A stretch of DNA of 64,000 nt from Burkholderiales bacterium. GTDB lineage: Bacteria > Pseudomonadota > Gammaproteobacteria > Burkholderiales > Burkholderiaceae_B. Location: positions 6,533-70,532 of the forward strand of contig JAJTDO010000010.1 in assembly GCA_021300475.1 (NCBI GenBank), read 5' to 3'. The notes below the pieces were generated by a model. It was given only the letters and a program-made list of their open reading frames with translations. It was not told the origin of the DNA and did not search any database. The translations under genes and the position numbers were made by a program. The number at the start of each line of letters is the position of its first letter. Position 1 is the stretch's first letter. Positions 58,626 through 64,000 of the stretch are shown piece by piece.

Positions 58626-59913
58626 AACTGGTGATGGCAGCACCACGGTGCTGTTTGGCGTAAGCTTGTGCGGCGCTACGCTCTGTTGTGAAACTTGCGC
58701 CCGTCATGCGCTTGGAAACCGCCCAGTCCATGGCGTCTGAAATATTTTCAAATCGCAGCGCTGCGCCCACGGTCAGTGCATCTTCAGAGGCTTTTGCGAA
58801 ATTAAAGGTGTAGGGCCCCAGCAATACCGGGCAGTCGCAGGCGCAGGCCTCAATCAGGTTTTGCCCGCCCAAGGGTGCCCAGGAGCCCCCCATGAAAGCG
58901 ATGTCGGCGCTGGCATAGTAGGCTGGCATTTCACCCATGGAATCGCCCATCAACACTGCAGGCATGCCCGCGACCTGCGGCTTGGGAAAACCTTCGCTGC
59001 GCCGGCTCACAAAAAAGCCTGCCGATTCAAATAAGTCGGCCACTTCGGCAAACCGTTGCGGGTGCCTGGGCACAACCAACAAGGCCGGCAACGCAGTGGG
59101 CAAGGCAGCAGACAGTTGGTGTTGCCAAGCCTGCAACAACAGGCTTTCTTCACCTTCCCGCGTACTGGCTGCCAAAAATACCGTGGAAGTATCCCATTGC
59201 TGACGCCACGTTCGTCCTAAGTCCAAGAGTTCCGGCTTGGGGTTCACATCAAACTTAAGGTTGCCGGCCACTGCGTCCGGCACGCGCCCCAGCCCACTGA
59301 AGGCATTGGCGTCAGCTTGAGTTTGGCAAATCACCACACCAAGGCGCCCCAGCGCAGGTTCTGACAAGGCCCGGTAACGTTGCAATTGTTCTGCCGTGGT
59401 GGGCGACACGCGTGCATTGAGCAAGGCCATGGGCAAATTTTTACGCTCGGCTCCGTGCAGTAAATTCGGCCACAACTCGGTTTCCACCAACCAACCCATG
59501 CGGGCATTCAGTTGTTTGAGGAAGCGATGAACCGCCCAAGGCAAGTCATAGGGCAAGTACACAAACCGCTTGTTGGCAATGTCCCGGAACACCTGCTGCG
59601 CCGTTTCCCTGCCTGTTGGGGTGGTGGATGTGAACACCCACTGCGTACCGGGGTGGTGCTTTTCCCACATGAACACCAAGGGAGCGATGGCGTGGGTCTC
59701 ACCGACCGAAACAGCGTGCACCCACATACGCTTTTCTGAAATGCGCGGCAGACCCGTGGCGCCAAAGAAACGCTGCGCCCAGTCCTGGCGATAGGCGGGT
59801 TGCTTGCGCGCGCGCTTCCACAAATAAAAAGGCACCAGAGGCAAAATCAACAGCAGCAAAAATGTATAGGCCCAGCGGGCCAGCCGTTGTTTCAGTGTCT
59901 CGGGAATTTGCAT
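58588..59913 (-). CDS. waaA: Kdo transferase
   Basis: WVHAVSVGE, ETELWPN, GNLKFD, VPRHPQRF and GGQNLIE motifs. Confidence 0.95.
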   Translation of the reverse strand: MQIPETLKQRLARWAYTFLLLLILPLVPFYLWKRARKQPAYRQDWAQRFFGATGLPRISEKRMWVHAVSVGETHAIAPLVFMWEKHHPGTQWVFTSTTPTGRETAQQVFRDIANKRFVYLPYDLPWAVHRFLKQLNARMGWLVETELWPNLLHGAERKNLPMALLNARVSPTTAEQLQRYRALSEPALGRLGVVICQTQADANAFSGLGRVPDAVAGNLKFDVNPKPELLDLGRTWRQQWDTSTVFLAASTREGEESLLLQAWQHQLSAALPTALPALLVVPRHPQRFAEVADLFESAGFFVSRRSEGFPKPQVAGMPAVLMGDSMGEMPAYYASADIAFMGGSWAPLGGQNLIEACACDCPVLLGPYTFNFAKASEDALTVGAALRFENISDAMDWAVSKRMTGASFTTERSAAQAYAKQHRGAAITSFTVLQQRLASIR

Positions 59914-60875
59914 CAGACCGGCCTTTTAACAAGTTGTTGGGTGGCCTCATACACCTCGTCACAAGAAGGGATGTCGCCCATGTCGCCCAGACTGATGGCA
60001 TTGGGATTAAATTTCGGTGCGTAACGCCACTGTGGCGTTGCAAAAAACAGTGCCACCAGCGGCAACTGCATGGCGCCGGACAAATGCACCAACCCGGTGT
60101 CCACACCCACCACCAGATCAGCCGACTGCAGCCGCAGCGCCAAGGTGCCCAAATTCATTTTTGGCAACACAGTGACATCGTCAATGTGGGCTGCAATGGT
60201 TTCAGCCTGTTTTCTTTCAGCATCCGTGCCCCAAGGCAAACTGATGCGGAAACCATCGGAGGTGAGCTTGGTGGCCAGCAAACGCCAGTTTTCAACCGAC
60301 CACGATTTTTCAGCCCGGGCCGTGCCGTGAAAAAACCAGGCATGTTTGGGTTCGTTCAAGGCCGAAGACTGGGCGGCCACGGTTTGAATACCGAAATCCG
60401 GATCTCCAGACAGGGGGTAATCCAGCAAAGACGCGGTAATTTCACGAAGCCGCTCCACTGCGTGGGAAGAGGCATTCCAAGAAGCGGTTTTTGAATAAAA
60501 ACAGGCCGCCAGCGGTTCACGGGCATGCCGAAATCCGGGCCCCAAACGCGGACCGGACGCCGCTTTTGCCAACAAGGCGCTTTTCATCAACCCTTGCAAG
60601 TCGATGACAGCGTCATACGGCTTGGGAGCCAACTGGGCCCGCAAGCGCTTCCACTGACGCCACAGCTCGGCCACACCCTTTTTTCGCCAAGTGCGCAAAG
60701 CCACCGGAACCACCTCACCCACGCCATGGTGCAAACGCACCAGATCGGCAAACGGCTCTTCCACCATCCAGTCGATCTGCGCACCGGGAAAGGCCCGTCG
60801 CAAATCTGAAAGCACGGGCAATGCGTGAATCACATCTCCCATGGACGTGGTTTTGACGATTAAAATTCGATTCAT
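59913..60875 (-). CDS. waaC: LPS heptosyltransferase I
   Basis: VKTTSMGDVIH, DLQGLMKS, HAVER and VDTGLVHL motifs. Confidence 0.94.
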   Translation of the reverse strand: MNRILIVKTTSMGDVIHALPVLSDLRRAFPGAQIDWMVEEPFADLVRLHHGVGEVVPVALRTWRKKGVAELWRQWKRLRAQLAPKPYDAVIDLQGLMKSALLAKAASGPRLGPGFRHAREPLAACFYSKTASWNASSHAVERLREITASLLDYPLSGDPDFGIQTVAAQSSALNEPKHAWFFHGTARAEKSWSVENWRLLATKLTSDGFRISLPWGTDAERKQAETIAAHIDDVTVLPKMNLGTLALRLQSADLVVGVDTGLVHLSGAMQLPLVALFFATPQWRYAPKFNPNAISLGDMGDIPSCDEVYEATQQLVKRPV

Positions 60876-61017
60876 GCGCGTGAAGGCCAAACCTTAAATT
60901 GCGTTAGCTTCAGATTGTACTGAAGCAGCGGCGCTTGTTTTCCACTTAGAATGCAGACTGCACCAATATTCAAAGAGTTGTGACAATCGTCCCACACACA
61001 AACAACAAGGGTAAACA

Positions 61018-61806
61018 GTGGCACAGAGCTATTTTGTCAGGGAATTGATCAACCTGTCGGCCGTTTTCATCACAAAAAATGCGGCTAGCCAACTGGAATA
61101 TGCCTTAAAAAGCGTGCAGTTTTGCCGCGATATTGTGGTGCTGGACTCGGGCAGCACAGACGGCACACAAGCCTTGGCGCTGCGTTACGGCGCCCGAGTC
61201 TATCAGCAAGACTGGCTGGGGTTCGGTCCGCAAAAGCAAAAAGCGGTTGAATTGGCAAAATTTGACTGGGTGCTGTGTCTGGATGCAGATGAACGCGTGT
61301 CGCAGGCTTTGTCAGACAACATCATCAACACCCTGAAAACACCCGAGCTAACCGCCTACCAGATGCCGAGAAGCAACTTTTTTATCGACAGGTATTTAAG
61401 ACATGGCGAGGGCTACCCGGACTTAAGCCTGCGTTTGTTTAACCGCAAACATGCACGCTGGAGCGACGACGCGGTGCACGAACGGGTGCTGAGCCAAGGC
61501 GCTGTCGGTTTGCTCAAAGGCGATTTGCTGCACCACTCGGCTGAAACGCTGGAAGTTTATTTAAGCAAACAGAACCGGTACACTGAAATTCAAGCCAGAC
61601 AACTGGCTGCTGCAGGCAAACCGCCCGGTTTTGGAAAACTGTTGGTTTCCCCGCTGGTGCGGTTTATTAAATTTTACGGCCTGCGTGGCGGTTTTCGAGA
61701 TGGCTGGCCAGGCTTGGTGCATATTTGCATCGGTTGCTTCAACAGCTTCATCAAATACGCCAAAGCGCGGGCATTGCTGGAAAGCAAAGACCCTGACCAA
61801 CTTTAA
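61018..61806 (+). CDS. Glycosyltransferase family 2 (LPS core, KdtX/WaaE-like)
   Basis: DSGSTDGT, WLGFGPQK, LDADE, VHE and GFRDG..G motifs. Confidence 0.9.
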   Translation: MAQSYFVRELINLSAVFITKNAASQLEYALKSVQFCRDIVVLDSGSTDGTQALALRYGARVYQQDWLGFGPQKQKAVELAKFDWVLCLDADERVSQALSDNIINTLKTPELTAYQMPRSNFFIDRYLRHGEGYPDLSLRLFNRKHARWSDDAVHERVLSQGAVGLLKGDLLHHSAETLEVYLSKQNRYTEIQARQLAAAGKPPGFGKLLVSPLVRFIKFYGLRGGFRDGWPGLVHICIGCFNSFIKYAKARALLESKDPDQL

Positions 61807-62738
61807 ATTTCATAGTCGGCGCCGCCGGCCAGCACCCGGTCAATAAGAACCTGGTTTAACCGGGGTGCAAACAGGCCGATGAAGTCATACATCAATTGCC
61901 GCATGAAAACCCCTTGCCGTATACCGATGCGGGTGGTGTTGTGCCCGAACAAATGCCCCGCCTTGATACCTACCAGCGGATGGTCTTTTTGCGGGTCAAA
62001 CGCCATGCTGGCAATAATGCCCACACCCAAACCAAGGCCCACGTAGGTTTTAATCACGTCAGCGTCAATGGCTTCGAGAATAATTTCTGGGTTCAAACCT
62101 GCCGCCTGGAAGCCAGCGTCAATTTTTCCCCGGCCGGCAAACGCCCTTTCGTAGGTAATCAGCGGATGGGCGGCCAGACTTTGAACACTCAGGGGTTGTT
62201 CCAGCACAGGATGCCCCAAAGGAGCCACCACGCTGTGCTCCCAGTCAAAACACGGCAAGGTCACCATGTCCGGGCTTTGTGCCAGAGCCTCGGTGGCAAT
62301 GGCCAAATCGGCCTGATCAGTTCTCACCCAATCCACCAATTGCTGCGGCACCCCCTGCAGCAGGGCCAGACGAACATTCGGATAGCGCTGCCGAAAACTC
62401 GCCACCACCGGCGGCAGTACATAGCGGGCTTGGGTGTGCGTGGCTGCAATGCGCAGCTCGCCGCTTTCGCGGGCGGCATATTCCGCCCCGATGCGTTTGA
62501 GATTTTCCAGTTCAGCCAAAATTTTTTCAGCCGATTCAACCACCAGACGACCCGGTGCAGTCAGCGCCTTGATGCGTTTGCCGTGGCGCTGAAATATCTG
62601 GATGCCCAACTCCTCCTCCAGCTCAATAATGGCTTTGGAAACGCCGGGTTGGGAGGTAAACAAGGCGCGTGCCGCTTCCGTCAGACTGAAATTCTGACGC
62701 ACGGCTTCGCGGATAAAACGCAACTGATGCAAATTCAT
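61803..62738 (-). CDS. cysB: CysB/Cbl family LysR-type regulator
   Basis: TSQPGVSKAI.ELEEELG, ATHTQARY.LP and DADVIKTYV motifs; divergent from sulfur assimilation genes. Confidence 0.9.
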   Translation of the reverse strand: MNLHQLRFIREAVRQNFSLTEAARALFTSQPGVSKAIIELEEELGIQIFQRHGKRIKALTAPGRLVVESAEKILAELENLKRIGAEYAARESGELRIAATHTQARYVLPPVVASFRQRYPNVRLALLQGVPQQLVDWVRTDQADLAIATEALAQSPDMVTLPCFDWEHSVVAPLGHPVLEQPLSVQSLAAHPLITYERAFAGRGKIDAGFQAAGLNPEIILEAIDADVIKTYVGLGLGVGIIASMAFDPQKDHPLVGIKAGHLFGHNTTRIGIRQGVFMRQLMYDFIGLFAPRLNQVLIDRVLAGGADYEI

Positions 62739-62861
62739 GAATGGCCTCATTGAAGAATTTCTATATTACCCTTTTGAATAACCAAATGGAAAAACTGTTG
62801 TTTGTATAATATAGAGAGTGAATTATCATGTCGGTCTCGTAACAATTGCAGAAAAAGTGCC

Positions 62862-63653
62862 ATGACTTTGGATTGGGCGTATATCGTTTCCGGATTGGCC
62901 GTGGGTGTACTGGTCGGGCTGACAGGTGTTGGAGGTGGCTCACTGATGACCCCCCTGCTGACCGCTGTATTCGGCATTTCACCTTCTGTGGCCGTGGGAA
63001 CAGATCTGGCTTTCGCCTCCATCACCAAGGGCGCCGGCACCATTGTTCACCGTTTGCGCAATACCGTGAACTGGCGCGTGGTGGGGCTGATGTGCCTGGG
63101 CAGCGTACCGGCCTCCATCCTGACCACCATTTTCCTCATCATGCTGGACATCCACAAAGCCGAAAAAGGCAGTTCCGTCGATTTGTTCATCCGCTACTCC
63201 ATTGCGGTTTGCGTCATGCTGACCGTGGCTTCCCTGGTGTTCAAAAAACGATTGTTGGCCTACCAGATGGCCCGCGCTCATTTACAATTACAGGGTAAGG
63301 CGCTCACCGTTGCGACCGTGGGTGCAGCTGCAGTCATCGGCTTTCTGGTGACCGTGTCTTCCATTGGTGCCGGTGCCATTGGGGCCACCGTTTTAATCAT
63401 GCTCTACCCGAAGCTGACGCCTGCCGAAGTGGCAGGCACAGACATTTCCTACGCAGTACCCCTGACTGCAGTTGCTGCAGCCGGGCACGCTGTGATGGGA
63501 ACCCTGGACTGGAGCCTTCTGGCAGCATTGTTGCTGGGTTCAATTCCCGGTATTTCCATCGGCAGCTATTTAAGCCGTTCCGTTCCCGAGCGTTTTTTGC
63601 GCGGGGTTCTGGCCACCACCCTGACTGCGGTGGCCGCTAAACTCGTCAGTTAA
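62862..63653 (+). CDS. TauE/SafE family sulfite exporter
   Basis: GLTGVGGGSLMTP and AVGTDL motifs; multiple TM segments. Confidence 0.9.
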   Translation: MTLDWAYIVSGLAVGVLVGLTGVGGGSLMTPLLTAVFGISPSVAVGTDLAFASITKGAGTIVHRLRNTVNWRVVGLMCLGSVPASILTTIFLIMLDIHKAEKGSSVDLFIRYSIAVCVMLTVASLVFKKRLLAYQMARAHLQLQGKALTVATVGAAAVIGFLVTVSSIGAGAIGATVLIMLYPKLTPAEVAGTDISYAVPLTAVAAAGHAVMGTLDWSLLAALLLGSIPGISIGSYLSRSVPERFLRGVLATTLTAVAAKLVS

Positions 63654-63658
63654 AGACC

Positions 63659-64000
63659 ATGTACCGCTACGACGACTACGATCAAACCATCACCCTGCAA
63701 CGGGTGGCCCAGTTTCGCAATCAAACCGAACGCTTTTTATCCGGTGAACTGACTGACGAAGAATTCAGACCCCTGCGCCTGCAAAACGGCCTGTATATTC
63801 AACGCCACGCGCCCATGCTGCGCGTCGCGATTCCCTACGGTTTGCTGTCTTCACGGCAAGTGCGCAAACTGGCTGAAGTCGCTGACAAATACGACCGCCG
63901 TTATGCCCACTTCACCACCCGCCAGAACATTCAGTACAACTGGCCGGAAGTCAAAGACATCCCCGCCATCCTCGACGACTTGGCGAGCGTGGAAATGCAC
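63659..64000 (+). CDS. cysI: Nitrite/sulfite reductase hemoprotein (CysI-like), 3' part outside window
   Basis: MYRYDDYDQ...RVAQFR...FRPLRLQNGLY.QRHAPMLRVAIPYG...HFTTRQNIQYNW. Confidence 0.88.
   Translation, partial: MYRYDDYDQTITLQRVAQFRNQTERFLSGELTDEEFRPLRLQNGLYIQRHAPMLRVAIPYGLLSSRQVRKLAEVADKYDRRYAHFTTRQNIQYNWPEVKDIPAILDDLASVEMH

Overview
Mostly core chromosome of a betaproteobacterium (Burkholderiales-like gene order; inference). In order: uvrA-like gene (runs off the left edge), aroG, tldD-nit-yhdP, glnE, mtgA-aroE-tonB-rnb-ubiC-yqiA-mpl, tlpA-aroQ-accBC-prmA, a histone-like gene, nrdAB with two NrdR boxes, ampD, ffh, yajC-secDF, msrA, tcdA, purU, waaF, ilvE, a TetR/RND efflux locus with pcm-rhodanese-tolC, waaA/waaC, cysB and the start of a sulfite reductase. 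Features beyond the standard genes: (1) a Phe-codon-rich 30-codon leader peptide, not in the ORF track and apparently leaderless, with terminator and antiterminator upstream of aroG; (2) an 820-bp intergenic region between ffh and secF holding two inverted 114-bp structured repeats, REP-like inverted ends and a 9-bp VNTR; (3) a tnpB-only IS200/IS605 element whose ends, TAM (TTGAA) and guide can be read from the sequence, inserted 29 bp upstream of msrA; (4) frameshifting internal deletions in ffh and glnE, possibly assembly artefacts; (5) a few orphan or accessory small genes. No rRNA, tRNA or CRISPR array was seen. No database searches or folding computations were run; gene calls rest on motif recognition and gene context.
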